Origin: Tubiluchus corallicola | Lineage: Eukaryota > Animalia > Priapulida | Length of the DNA stretch: 37,784 nt | Reading direction: 5' to 3' | Assembly: GCA_030141605.1 (NCBI GenBank) | Contig: JAQGDQ010001499.1 | Location: forward strand, 1 to 37,784 | Shown: piece after piece, positions 1 to 12,459 of the stretch | Layout of the letters: each line of letters begins with the position of its first letter | Position numbering within the stretch: the stretch's first letter is position 1 | The notes under the pieces: model-generated | What the model saw: only the letters and a program-made list of their open reading frames with translations | Told to the model about the DNA's origin: nothing | The model's database searches: none | Program-made: the position numbers and the translations under genes

Positions 1-470
1 AGTTCGTGAATCATGACAAATAGGTAGATTTCTGTATCGAGTCCTACAATAAAAACCAGAATAAAAGGGTCCAAAGCAAAGAGGACGATGTGTTATGCCT
101 AGTCCACACAGACCTTCAAAAGATGACATTGAAAACACAGAACTCTCTGTTCACACGGTCAGTCTTCACATACAGTTACTTTGCATATAACTATTATGTT
201 TAAAGAGTTTTCTCTAACCTTTCTGAATGGCTTGCTTGGAAGGAAACTTCGTTTTAGTTTTAGCATGCGTTGGAAAGAGAAGGCAAAATAAACGAAAAAA
301 AATTGGGTGAAAAAATCAAAGACAAATTTTTCGGAGATTAAAAGCCGAATTGCAAGTGAATTTCTAAACTGTATCGGAAAACATCAAGTACATTCGATTA
401 GTGGACGAATTTTACCCTCTATGCAAAGCAAAAAGATTACGTTGCCAAAACCATAGTTTGTGCTTTTGTA

Positions 471-834
471 CGTTAGGTGGCCACAAAATTCCTGTACATT
501 CTCCTATACAATTCTATAAAACGTATCGAAATTTCTGCGCAAAAAACAATTTATTCGGTCGCCTTTCGTTAAAGGAAAACCGGATGATTGTGTAAACATT
601 AGTTCAGAATAAAGAATGCCCTATAATATTGAAAACTACAATAGCTTATTTTAAATCAAAGCTTAGATTAAATAATAATTACCTCGGATACTCAAATTTC
701 GTAAAACTTTCAAAGCTATGCCAAAACGTACGTGCGTTAGGTGGCCACAAAATTCCTGTACATTCTCCTACACAAATCTATAAAACGTACCGAATTTCTG
801 TACAAAGTATATTTTATTCAGTCGCTTTTTGTTA
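471..834. repeat. Pair of ~100-bp diverged direct repeats (471-571 and 735-834)
   Basis: Both copies begin cgttaggtggccacaaaattcctgtacattctccta and align through to ...gtta. Confidence 0.85.
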
Positions 835-2675
835 ATAATTAATTTTGTTATTCTTACTGACAGCATGCTAATTACGCATCCTCTGTAAATGAGCTCTCTT
901 AAGTGGCGGCCATAAGCGCCACTTACTATTGGTTATTCGTTTTGATAATGACGAACGTCATCGACGAAAATCAAGACCATCTTGATGTCGTTAAACTTGA
1001 ATGACATTCAAATTTCAGTGTCATTCTCGACGTGTAACATTGTCCTACGACACTGACAAACTCGAGAACGACAGCGTTTTGAATGACCGTGTAGATGGTA
1101 CCTTATACTACACATAGTTTCGGGTGTACGGCAAGGATTTACATTGTCACCTGTTTTATTTAACAAATACATCGTCTGTTTAGCACTTTAATTGCCAAAT
1201 TTTCTGCTGCAATCGTTTCGTGTAAATTGAACTAATTAGACGAGTTTACGGCCCATTGCACACAGACAGACAGATTGAAATGATGTAATTCACATCTTGT
1301 CGTGGCCCCATTAATCACATTGCCGTAGCCGTAACTTGCATACTGACAACTGATATGAGTTTCCTCGCCACTGATACAGCTTTGTTCTAATTCAGCTGAG
1401 TCAACTTCGTTGAGTTTCGTTATTTGCTTTTACCACTGACAAGCAATACGATAAAGTGATGCTTTGATTTCATTTTATCAAAACAATTTCATTTACTGCA
1501 CATTGTCATTCGAGGCGGACGTAGACTGATGGCAGCTCTAGTGATGGGGAGCGTATGATCCAGCCTATATACTTCTTCAGTTACGATTTATAAACTTTCA
1601 GTCGTAATTATACCGTTATGCTCAGAGTTTTTAAGCTATTCGTTTTTTCGTATAATGACGTTTTCTTGATGATGTTGACCTCCATTTTAACTTTTTTTAT
1701 TTCTTACACATTCCTGCATATATTAATTAAATGCATCTAATTAATTAAAGTAGATTTGGCCAGATGAAAAAAAATCAATGAAAAAGTAAATATGCTTGAT
1801 GTGCTAGATTTGTGTTTAATTTAATTTGTATTTCAAAAGCAGGTGAACACGAGAAACTATTTGCTCAAAAATACTTCTAATTATTGATTAATTAATCAAG
1901 TAATTAATGAATATGAAGAAGTTCTGAAGGTAATTGCTAAGACACTAGAATACAGGTAGAATTCAAGTAGAATACAGGTGAGCTTTATTTATATAAATCA
2001 TTAATAACACTATACATTGCTCTCTCAGTTTAAGTCACATGCTTACTCGGTGATCTCTGAAAGCCAACTGACCAGGTAAGTTTTTTCCATGAAGCAAGGA
2101 AGCCAGCAATTCAATGAAGGTAAATGTTATGCAAATTAGTTCAAGGATGAAAGTTTAGACTGTATATAAAGAAATAAACTTATTTTATAGCTGAAATTTC
2201 TTGTGTGGGATTTTTAATATTTTAAGAAGAGAATGTAATAATATGACTAATGATCATAATTAAGAACTAATAAAAATAAGATAAAGAAATCATGAGCTTC
2301 ACGACAATGAAAAATATTTCTACTTCCAAGTACTAAACCCGCTTTTAGTTTTTTTGCAGAGGTAAGAAATTATTACATAAGAATATAGGAAAGATTATTA
2401 AAATGGTAGTGAGCAAAACTTATAGCTTTGGTACCTTAATATTTCAAAAAACAACAATAGCAACAGTTACAGAAGTTAATTTCAAAGGGTGTTAAAATAT
2501 AGAAAACGAACTAACCTCATACAGGTGCAAAAAGTGTTGCTGAAACAGGTATCACTGGTAATCACAGTCATATTAATTTAGGATATTTCTCCATGGTCAA
2601 TGGGCCTCAATGAATTTAGAATGTTATTGAAATTGTTCTGGCACAATTTGTCCAAATACCCTTCTTATTTTGTCA

Positions 2676-2752
2676 TGTTATTATTATGTTATGTTGCTGA
2701 AGTTATGTTGTTGTTGTTGTTGTTGTTATTGTTGTTGTTGGGTTTTGTTGTT
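2676..2752. repeat. (TGT/TAT)n microsatellite
   Basis: Visible tgt repeats; explains the poly-Cys ORF at 2670. Confidence 0.85.
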
Positions 2753-3651
2753 ACTGATTATACTTTTGTGTCATAGTAACTTGTTACCGCTTTGTTTACA
2801 TTTGGTTGCCATAGTGATAGTTGCTAGAATACTAGTGTGGTTTCACAAGAGAAGCTCCGCCTACATGCCGTTTAACCCCATCATTTTTAGTTTTAATTGG
2901 GGTACATCTGAATTATGGGACGGGATTGATGGAGAAAACGACCTTTAAATAACCTTGTTCACTTCCCGGATCACTATTTGCAATATAAGCTCCACAGTTT
3001 CAGCTCCGCCCACAAACTCCGCCACAGTTTTCAGCTTTTTTCTTGAGGTTGTTTCTCCAGCGCAAATTGATGTTATGAATAAACGGCTGTCATCTCGGTC
3101 ATGTTTATAGTTGTCCGCGTACGCGCAGTGATCCACTTATAGATGCATCAAATCTTCTTTTCATTGCCCTGAGAATAATTGGCCTAGGACGGATTAATAG
3201 ATTCATCTAGTGGAATCAATACTAAACCCGAGTTGCTAGAAGCCAGGGAATATGACGGTAATACCATTTGGCTATTAATCGTCTTGGATGGCAGTGCGTC
3301 TCTAATTTGGAAGTAGCTGCTTGGTCAGTTGTCTGGCCTGACAGCATATGCGATGGTCAATCAGCCTCTAACTGATCGATTATTTGCAATTATCGTCCAA
3401 TCTTGACAAGCCTGAGACATGGCGGCCGCCTTGATGCTGAAAAATTAGCAACGAAGAGAAGCGAAACGTGATTTGTATGGCTTCCGGTCAGAGGAGGCGA
3501 AAAGAAGCTGCGGAACGTGAGTTGATTGGATGAGAAAGAAGATAAGCAGGTTACTCCAGGGGATGAATTTTATGCCTTCTTGGTTCAAACATTCACTGTT
3601 AGCAGTCATTCATAATTATTATGGTTACGACAGCGATCAAAATGATTGCAA

Positions 3652-4036
3652 TTACAACGATGACAATGAATGTGGCATCAACAATGATGGCAATGACGAT
3701 GACCATGGTGATGGTGATGATGACGACGAGGATGATGACGGTGATGATGATGATGATGACCACGATGATGACGACGACGACCATGACGATGATGATGATG
3801 GTGGTGATGATGATGACGACGACGATGATAATGATGATGACCACGACGATAACGATGATGATGACGACGTCGGCGACGACGATGATGATGATGGTGGTGA
3901 TGATGATGACGACGACGATGATAATGATGATGACCACGACGATAACGATGATGATGACGACCACGATGACGATGACGACGACGAGGACGATGGTGATGAT
4001 GACATTGAATAATGATGGCGACAACGACCATGATGA
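3652..4036. repeat. Compound (GAT/GAC)n trinucleotide tract with an internal ~93-bp duplication
   Basis: Continuous gat/gac/ggt triplets; the overlapping poly-D/M/S/H/I ORFs are its translations. Confidence 0.95.
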
Positions 4037-5405
4037 TTTCTGCAGAAGATAGGAAATAACTTGGAATAGTGATATGCTGCTAAAACAAATGAAATACGCA
4101 GATGTTGATGTTCACGTTCAGCGGAGAGCAAACACATAAAGTTAACTATGTACTTGATGTTGAAGTTGTGTCAATACTGCCATGCAGTGAGATGTCATAA
4201 TGCCCCACTGAGATGTCAGTAGCATCTCCTGGAAGTTTAGCATACCACGGGATACGGATGTCCGCTAAATCTATCAACGTTGATTCTTTAAAAGTATTGA
4301 TTGTCTTAAATTACTTCATTATTTTAAAAAGGGAGAGTAAAAGATAATCTCGAAGCAAAGAGCAAACTGTCTGTGATTCTTTCGTTCGAGATTTTCATCA
4401 GGTAGCATCCTAGGAGTCCCGAGAGGTCCCGAGAGGAGGTATTTCTTGAAAGAGGTCCTAGGAGGAGGTAATTCTTGAAAACAGGAAAGAGAAGGAGCAG
4501 AAGAAAGCAGCCAGGAAAACAACACCACGGGAAGAGATCGCCATGTACATTAGAAAATCACAAGGACTGGTCTCTTTGTGACCCGCTTTCGTGAATTGTA
4601 GTAAAATTATTCCTTTGTCATGGTTGAGCTTTACTTTACATCACTTGGATGTATGACTACCAGCAAGGAAAGGATGGTAGAGTTTTCGTGTTGTTCTAAC
4701 TACAGATGAACGTGTGTATCTGTCTTGCTTATGACATACATTCATACTGTAGATCATATCGGATTGTGCTGATGGCTTTCGACACACCTTTACTTTATGA
4801 TACGTAGCATACGAAATTTGTTGACCCTTGGGAGTACGTCACCCCTAACATTGTCGTGTTGAGCTAGAGCTAATATTACTTTTCATTAACGTAAAACTAG
4901 CGAAATAAATAAAATTCTCTCGGGGTATACTGGCAGAGTTACATATATTGCCATATCTTGTAACGTGAAAAGATTTCTCGGATTTTTACCTGCAGGGCAA
5001 AATCTTGAATGTATTATTCCGCCGTGTGTATTATTCAGTGCAGCTGAAAAGCTAGCATTAAGTCTGTACATTAGCTGGTTTGACAAAAACGTTTTTCTGG
5101 TCTTCTACAACGTTACCTAAACTAATTTCCTTCGTGCAGGTAAATTCTATATACTCTGGACGAAGTGAACAGCTGTACGGTCACGGCGCGTGCTTAACGA
5201 CCTAAGTTAAATAATGCCGAATCTGATTGGGTAAATGCGTTGGTACAACCGGGAAAACTACATCTGCCTGTCTTTCGTTGAGGTAGAATGTGTACACAAG
5301 TGCACGTGGCAACGACACCTCTGCTGATCCAGTGCCTCACCTTAGAGGATTATCGTTGAAAATTGTTTAAAAATCGGTAGCGTTTCAAATAAGTTATCAG
5401 CTTAA

Positions 5406-5930
5406 AGGAAAGGGAAGTTTCTTTAACTCGCGGAAAATAGGGTTTATTTCAATTTTTAAAAAAATGTTTTAAAAATTTAGTAATAAAAATGTGATAATTA
5501 GTGTATAAATAGTAATATCGCTTTACTGTCGAAATAATTTCACGCGTAGGCGCTCCCATTTTGAACGCCCATTTTTCCACCAATGACGTCATTCGCCGAC
5601 TAAAGAAAAGCAAAGTACTGCCAATTTCCATCAAACGTATCATAAGATTTTACAAAAAATTAGATAGACAATTTGCGATATTTTTGCATGAATATTAGGT
5701 AAGCTGCAAAAGTATCAATTGATTTGAACAGCGCACGCTTACGGAAAGTCACGATACGCTTACGGAAAGTCACGAAGTCTACAAATTTCGTCATAATCTT
5801 CAAGTGAATGGCGACTACTACAGCGCCTGAAAAGTAGGCAGTTGTTTACAGTTTTCTTTGTTATGTTTTTCCAAGTTTAAATGATGACAGTAAAATAAAC
5901 CCAACATGCTAAAGCGACTTATCATTTCTT
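5406..5930. mobile_element. Kolobok-like non-autonomous DNA transposon
   Basis: TTAA on both flanks (5402-5405, 5931-5934). Imperfect TIRs AGGAAAGGGAAGT... and ...ACTTATCATTTCTT. A diverged second copy lies at ~36740-37063. TTAA target plus AGG terminus is typical of Kolobok. Confidence 0.6.
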
Positions 5931-5983
5931 TTAAGTAAACATATTGTAACGTCTCCGTGTTCCATTCCAGTCGGCAATTTCGG

Positions 5984-6150
5984 ATCCCACTTCTGACACC
6001 AGTGTAACGGATCCGGGTTCCCGCGCGGATCCGTCTCAGGATGTATAGAGCGGCATACAAGTTATGAAGTACTTTACAGCAGACGAGAAAAGTAAAAAGA
6101 ATACGAATGTAAAATAAACTTTAATGCACAACCAGTAGCTCCATGACATG
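5984..6150 (-). mobile_element. LTR retrotransposon relic: LTR 3' end plus tRNA-Leu-type primer binding site
   Basis: Minus strand reads ...CCGTTACA-C-TGGTGTCAGAAGTGGGAT, an LTR terminus (..TACA, at 6003) followed by an 18-nt TGG-initiated PBS (5984-6001) recalled as complementary to tRNA-Leu. The far boundary of the LTR is uncertain. Confidence 0.6.
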
Positions 6151-6760
6151 TGAACAGACTTTTGTATAAATATCAGCAAACCTACAGCATTCACACTTAC
6201 TTACAGACAGAAAGGCCAGGTTGGAATCGTCAAATTACGGCATGCGTTCTGTTTTATACAGGTACATTTACATTACTGGGCTTCTCGACTATACCCATTA
6301 GTAACATTAGGGAGTTGGTCATAATCTGGCTTTGTAACAGTATTTTACACTTATGGCAACAAAAAAGATAAGATAAACAAAAAATTAAAGAAATTCTGAA
6401 ATGATTAACAATATCAAGATATGAATTTATGCGTGATGATGAAAAGGCCATTCTAGCAAATAAACTGGATGTGTAAAATAATGTATTTGAAAGTATTACC
6501 CTAAAATAGACACTTTGTTAATAATTTACTAACACTAGAGGGCGTTAAGGAAAGTGAGCAAATTTTGGCTTGATGGGCAGGAGGTTTGTGTGTTGGAGAA
6601 GGATTTTACAAACTAATTTTGTCTTAATATTGTACTGCAGGGCTATGATGAGATAAAGTGTAATGCTGGCAGGGGAATACAGTAGCTTCCCCCCATTGTG
6701 CATGTGAACGTGGCTTTATCTAGCACAGACTCGTATTCTGACCTTAGTAAAAGCCACTAG

Positions 6761-6888
6761 ACACGTGCACACTTGAGCTTATAAAAAGGGAAGGTCTGCT
6801 GCAGATCCTTGTCAGTAGTCGTGTCTTTCATTGCAGCTCTGTTCACATTTCACAGGCTTTGCCGCAAACGCCGTTCTTCTAGGTAAGC
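6761..6888 (+). promoter_or_regulatory. Candidate Pol II core promoter with short non-coding first exon
   Basis: E-box CACGTG (~6762), TATAAAAAG (6780), Inr-like TCAGT (6812-6816) and a strong donor AG|GTAAGC (6882/6883). Motif arrangement only. Confidence 0.3.
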
Positions 6889-7342
6889 TGTTTGTTCCTT
6901 ATTGGGGGTGTGATATGCAGTAATAAATTGTCATTTCGACTCTATTGTTCGGGTTTTGTTTTGGGTTTGGTGTTGAAGGACTTAATTGGGAGGTGTGGCC
7001 CGCACGGTGTGGGCCGCGGTGCCATCCGTCCTGCCTCCGTCAAAAGCGGACAGCAGTCCAATATAAAACAAGTAATGAGTTTATGAATTATTATTATTAT
7101 TATAATTCTTTATTTTTAAAAACTATGTACAGAATACATTCCCTCTATTTGTAGGGATATGTTTAAAATTTCTAAAAGTATTTACAACGTATTAAACATA
7201 TTCTAATATATATTCTAACGCATGAACGACACATTGAACGACAGCGATCATATACAATGGACATAGTTACAACTTATAATCCAACACTACATACATACAT
7301 AATAAAAGACAACGAACATATTTTAATACTTAGTGTAAGTAT

Positions 7343-7487
7343 TATGTAATACTTGTAACACTTGTGTACAATATGTAATACTTATGTACAATATGTAATA
7401 CTTGTAACACTTGTGTACAATATGTAATACTTATGTACAATATGTAATACTTGTAACACTTGTGTACAATATGTAATACTTGTAACA
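7343..7487. repeat. Compound minisatellite (alternating 29-bp and 20-bp subunits, ~49-bp period)
   Basis: atgtaatacttgtaacacttgtgtacaat alternates with atgtaatacttatgtacaat. Confidence 0.9.
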
Positions 7488-8675
7488 AAAATTTACACAC
7501 ATTATACACAATGAAAAACAGCGAGTACAATTATAATAAACATAATTACCAATTCTAATGTAAGTTCACATAATCATAAATAAAAACAAAACAGCATATA
7601 GAAAACACGACGAGAGTTGTAAAATTTCATCACCAACAGACTGTTTATACACGGGCGAAAGACGATAGAATTCATCCGAGATAAGATTTGCAAAAGCATT
7701 TATAGCATTATTATATGAAAAAACCGGCTTAAACTATGGCTTCCCTGGTTGGCTTCATATCAGAGCGCGAAGTCCATGAGTTGAAACTGATGGTCAGTGG
7801 ATATATGTGTATATAAACTAGTCTTCTTGTTTATCTCCTATGTTTACAGAATGTAACAGGTGATGATTGTATATATACGACTCGTTGTCAAACACAAAGC
7901 TTGCCATTCTAGCATGTACAGAGGCACGCTTGTATATTTGCAAACAGAAGAATGCTTTCAGGAGGGGAGAGTACGTGTTCTACGCTGCAATAGGGGCTGC
8001 AGAAATTCTCCACGTTCAAGTCGGAGACCTTTTGTGTGGCAAAATCGACCCAACTTCTCAAGTTTTACCAGATTTCAGAGCTGCTGTTTCATTCGGGTCG
8101 ATGGTACTTCGCACAAAAGATGGCCTGTCTCTCTGGCCGCTGAGATTCGTAGAGCAAAGCCGACATATTTTCAACATATGAAATCGTGCGAATGAATTTA
8201 TTGTTAGCGTCCATACTTGTGGTAATTGCATTTCATTTCAGTCGAAGAGTGGCAGTGGCTTCGAGCGAGGGCGGGTGTGCACACGTGACCCGTTCTCTTG
8301 TTTTTGAAGCCAGTTCATACTGCTGTAGGTTTCACGAAACGGAGATAAGAAAAGTGACGATTTTGCACGTCTCTTTAGTTGCTCGTTGCAGGAAATCATG
8401 CAAAGGTCTCCTCCACTAGCAGGAGAACTTCTCTCCTCTCCCCTCCTCTCTCTGGAAACCCGTTATGGCCACTTCAAATCTTCTCGCTCTTAATGTCAAG
8501 ACTAGTTGGAATTTGATAAGAGCCCTAGTTGCGCCCGAACGAAATTAGTTTTGCGTCTCTGGCAGAATGTGCAGCCATGACGAATTGCACCAATAACAAC
8601 TACGCTTTAAAAATCTGATAGCTAAATGCAACTTTTAAACAATCAACTCGGTGGTTTTTGTATTTTTATTGAAAA

Positions 8676-8850
8676 TCATTATCATCATTGTCGTCGTCGC
8701 CATCGTTATCATCGTCGTCGTCGTCATCATCATAATAATAATCATCATCGTCGTCGTCTTCATCATTATATCATCATTATCATCGTCGTCATCATCATCA
8801 TCATCACTATCACTTTCATTCATCATGGTCACTATCGCATCATCGCCATC
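8676..8850. repeat. (CAT/CGT)n trinucleotide tract
   Basis: Visible triplet repeat; explains the ORFs at 8626-8908. Confidence 0.9.
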
Positions 8851-9548
8851 TGCTTCTTCTTTTTTTCTTTTTCTTCTTCTTCATCAAATTTTACCTGACA
8901 TTCGTTAATTGATATAATTAACATAAGTTAGTACAATCTTACAATTATAGCGAATAGTGTTTTTATAAACAGCGCATTTTTGTCCACAAAGATTTCTTCT
9001 ATTTCTTTATTTTTAATGACATCTTATAACGTTATTATTTTCTTCATCTGTCACATGATTTCTGTTGAATTCGCCTGGGGTCTAGGCAAATACGAATCGT
9101 TTTCTCAGGAGACGCAATTGTTCAGTGTGCAAGTGACATATAACTGCTACTGTAACAAAACATCAGTTTTTCTTTCGTAGAATCCGGGACGTACAGAATG
9201 CTGCTCGCTTTACATTCAGAGACACGCTTGGTTTACAATTTCAATACATACATACATATTTGGCCGTTTTTATTACATATTTGCACATTGTTTCTGAATC
9301 GCGTATTACGAAAGTCGTATACAAAAGAAAATAATGGCTGTTTCTTCTCTGCTCAAAATGAAGGAAAAAGACAAGCGTTTTTGTTGTGAAAATGACATGT
9401 AATACTGTAGCTATGTCACTAGAAAATAAGTGTTTATTACTGTCTATTCAAAGGCAGCAATGAAGTCAGCGTTTGTTATTGATATAAGATGTTGTGCATT
9501 GCAATAGAAAAAGGAAAAAACTGTTTACTGTTAGTTAAAACCCACGGT

Positions 9549-9729
9549 TACTACTACTACTATTACTAGTACTAGTACTAGTAGTAGTAGCAGTAGTAGT
9601 AGCAGCAGCAGCAGCAGCAGCAGCAGTAGCAGTAGCAGTAGTAGTAGCAACAGCTGTAGTAGCAGCGACAGCAGTAGTAGTAGCAACAGCAGCAGTAGCA
9701 GCAGCAGCAGCAGTAATAGTGGTAGTAGT
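9549..9729. repeat. (TAC)/(TAG/CAG)n compound microsatellite
   Basis: tactactac switches through palindromic tagtactagtacta into tag/cag repeats. Confidence 0.9.
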
Positions 9730-10449
9730 CGGTTTTCGAACGTCTCAGTACTCGTACAAATTGGTTTTCGACCAAAAAATTCGAGTTGAAATTGTCTCCG
9801 TTCTCGACCAGAATTTCGATACTCGACCTACCGCCAAGCAGGGCCAAGCAGGGGCGGTCGCCACTATGGTTGGCGCCCAGAAAATTTTTGAACTGCTAGA
9901 ACCCCGGAGAAGCATTTTCGAAGAAAAAATAGCGAGGAGACTGTATGTTCGCATAAAGCAAAAAAAAATGTTACCGAGGCCCGAGGTCTCCCTGGAGGGT
10001 GAGGCCCCGGGGAAGTATCCCCACATCCCCCCCTGAAATAGGCCCTGCCGCCAAGCACGTGATGAGCGCTTGCGCGGCTAGCCGAGTAGAGCCGAGCGTA
10101 ACCGACCGCGCCCGAGAGTAGTCACACACGTGTTTATGCTCTTGCTTACGTATACCATCACACTGCTACCAACACGTAAGGTTTTTTCATGCAGGAATAA
10201 TTATGCTTTTCTTTCTAAGGAATTCTATTATATTTTTCTTATCAATAATATCACATCTACTGTTTGAATAAGCATTTTTGCATTATTATATTTCGTTTTA
10301 GTAATACTTTACAGTTCATTTGGTGCTTGAGAACGGATTATTTGCTTTTACATTATTTCTTATGGGAATAAATGATTCGGTTCTCAACCAAATTGGTTTT
10401 CAAACACTTTTTAGGAACGAATTATGGTCGAAAACAGAGGTATGACGTA
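9729..10449. mobile_element. Tigger/pogo-like MITE (host of a nested hAT insertion)
   Basis: Left TCGGTTTTCGAAC pairs with right GTCGAAAACAGAGGTATGACG-TA. Internal repeats caaattggttttc and subterminal cattatttcttatgggaa resemble Tigger-type MITEs. The left TIR is eroded by the microsatellite. Confidence 0.6.
9839..10047. mobile_element. hAT-family MITE, 209 bp
   Basis: TIR CAGGGCC...GGCCCTG with a perfect 8-bp TSD CCGCCAAG (9831-9838 and 10048-10055). Confidence 0.85.
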
Positions 10450-10935
10450 TAAAAACGTAACCCTATAAGAATATCTTGCATAGAAGCTGTTTCAAATTTC
10501 CTCTAAATTTGCTTAAACGTAATGGCAATTTGCGTCTTTACATGTATATGATTAACGTTAGAATAAATATGTAGATTATTACTCACTGCTAGATTTGTTA
10601 CATTCAAGAGCTTGTTTTAGCCAAACGTAAACACTCCAAAACTCAGCATAAGAAAGGTTCGTTAGCGGAGCCATCTTGTAATAGCAGCCTGACGGAAGTT
10701 TTGAGAAAATAATACTCGTCGCTGCGTCCGCTCTTTTCTCCTTCCTACTGGAAACGATTTATTCATCCCGCTGAGTTTGAAATATTTCCTGCAAACGTTG
10801 TAATTACCGTTATGAATTTCAAATGCCATGCAAAACTTATAAGCAAGAAAGTAATAATTGAAGAAATCGGGAGCTTTTTGGGACTAAGTAACCTGTACGT
10901 TATACTTTGCTGAGCAGTAACTTTCTTGACGCTGT

Positions 10936-10991
10936 GATGATCGCCGTCATCATCATCATCATCATCATCGCCGTCATCATCATCGTCGTCG

Positions 10992-11034
<43 letters not shown>

Positions 11035-11183
11035 AATCGTCATCATCATCATCGTCGTCGTCATCATCGTCATCATCATCGTCATCGTCGTCATCATCAT
11101 CATCATCATCATTATCATCGTCGTCGTCATCAACATCATCATCATCGTCGTCGTTATCATCATCATTATCGCCGTCATCATCA

Positions 11184-11215
<32 letters not shown>

Positions 11216-11380
11216 ATCATAATCGTCATCATCATCATCGTCGTCGTCGTCATCATCATCATCATCATCATTGTCATCATCTTCACCACCACGCAAACTT
11301 CAGAACGATCATCATTGTAACCGTGATGATAGTCGTCATCCTCGTAGACATTGCCGTCATCATCAACGTAACAATGGTCA
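10936..11380. repeat. (CAT/CGT)n trinucleotide tract, degenerate at the 3' end
   Basis: Visible triplet repeat; explains the poly-D/M/I ORFs. Confidence 0.95.
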
Positions 11381-12392
11381 TTGTCGTCACCATTTCTATC
11401 AATTCATTCATCATTACATTTCCTTGTATTTTTATCGCAATTTCCATCGTGATATAATTGTTGTCGACATCAGCAGCGTCGCTGTTTTTGCTGCAAATTT
11501 TGTGATGTGATGTGTAAACTGTTTCTGGGGATCGTGACATTGATCACCTGTTCTTACTGTTATCCATTTTGAGCATCACTTGATCCGTCTATTAATTTTT
11601 TCAACATCTTGCTTAGTATTTTTTATTGAGAACCAATGAATGATGTCTGATGTTATTCGGTTTATTTACTGGGTCTGCCAACTAATTGTATTGAAATATT
11701 TTCAAGAATCTGATGAAGAGGAAAATCTTGAAATACAGCACCATGACTACGATTTTTATCTTAAAAGAAGACAGGATGATTTTTCACATCACATGCCATA
11801 TTGAAGTACGAAAGCAGTATACTTTCTAGCACGTATAATAATGCCAAAGCATTACTTAATTAATGGTGGGCGAGCCCAAATAGTGATGACATCACAAACG
11901 AACATAATTTTCAACAGCTCAAACATTCCGTGTTGCACGTGTTTACGAAAGCGAAAATTAAAGTGCAGTGCTACTGTGCAATATTGGTGAAATTATAATG
12001 TTGAAATTTAAATTTCAAGTTTGCCGCTGTGCGCACGCATGAGCCTTCGAACATGTGCACTACTTCGCAACCGAACACCTCTGAAGTGAGAGGTACAGCA
12101 CCTGTTTTCTTGTGCAGCGCGTTTTTAAGATGTAGGGGCTAGTGCCCGTTTAACTAGAAAATGACGAAATGTTTGCAACAGCGAAGAGCTAGTGACGCGA
12201 ACGCAAAATTATTTTGTGGTAATAATTCTTTCACACAAGTCATTTTTAAAAAAATAGTATGTTCCTTTTCAATATTTTTGTAGAGTAATTTCAATATTTT
12301 CAATGTTCTTTTTCATAAAATACCAGATTGTTATGAGTGTAGTTTAAGACTGATAAGGTTTCCCTTTAAATTTTTAGGGCAAATTTGGCTGG

Positions 12393-12459
12393 TAAAAGTG
12401 AGACAAAAGTGAGAGTGAGATAAAAGTGAGAGTGCGATAAAAGTGAGAGTGAGATAAAA
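12393..12459. repeat. 17-bp minisatellite (taaaagtgagagtgaga), ~3.5 copies
   Basis: Direct inspection. Confidence 0.8.

Noticed and set aside
3530-4137. Asp-rich biomineralisation-type or His-rich protein genes (also 8626-8908, 10763-11540, 32447-33028)
   Set aside because: Trinucleotide tracts open in most frames and on both strands; one lies inside the SLC35F intron. No supporting splice structure or signal peptide.
4160-4850. Solo LTR (TG...CA, purine-rich internal repeats)
   Set aside because: No matching TSD, PBS or PPT, and no second copy found.
5984-6001. tRNA gene
   Set aside because: Only an 18-nt tRNA 3'-end match including CCA, with no cloverleaf; better explained as a PBS.
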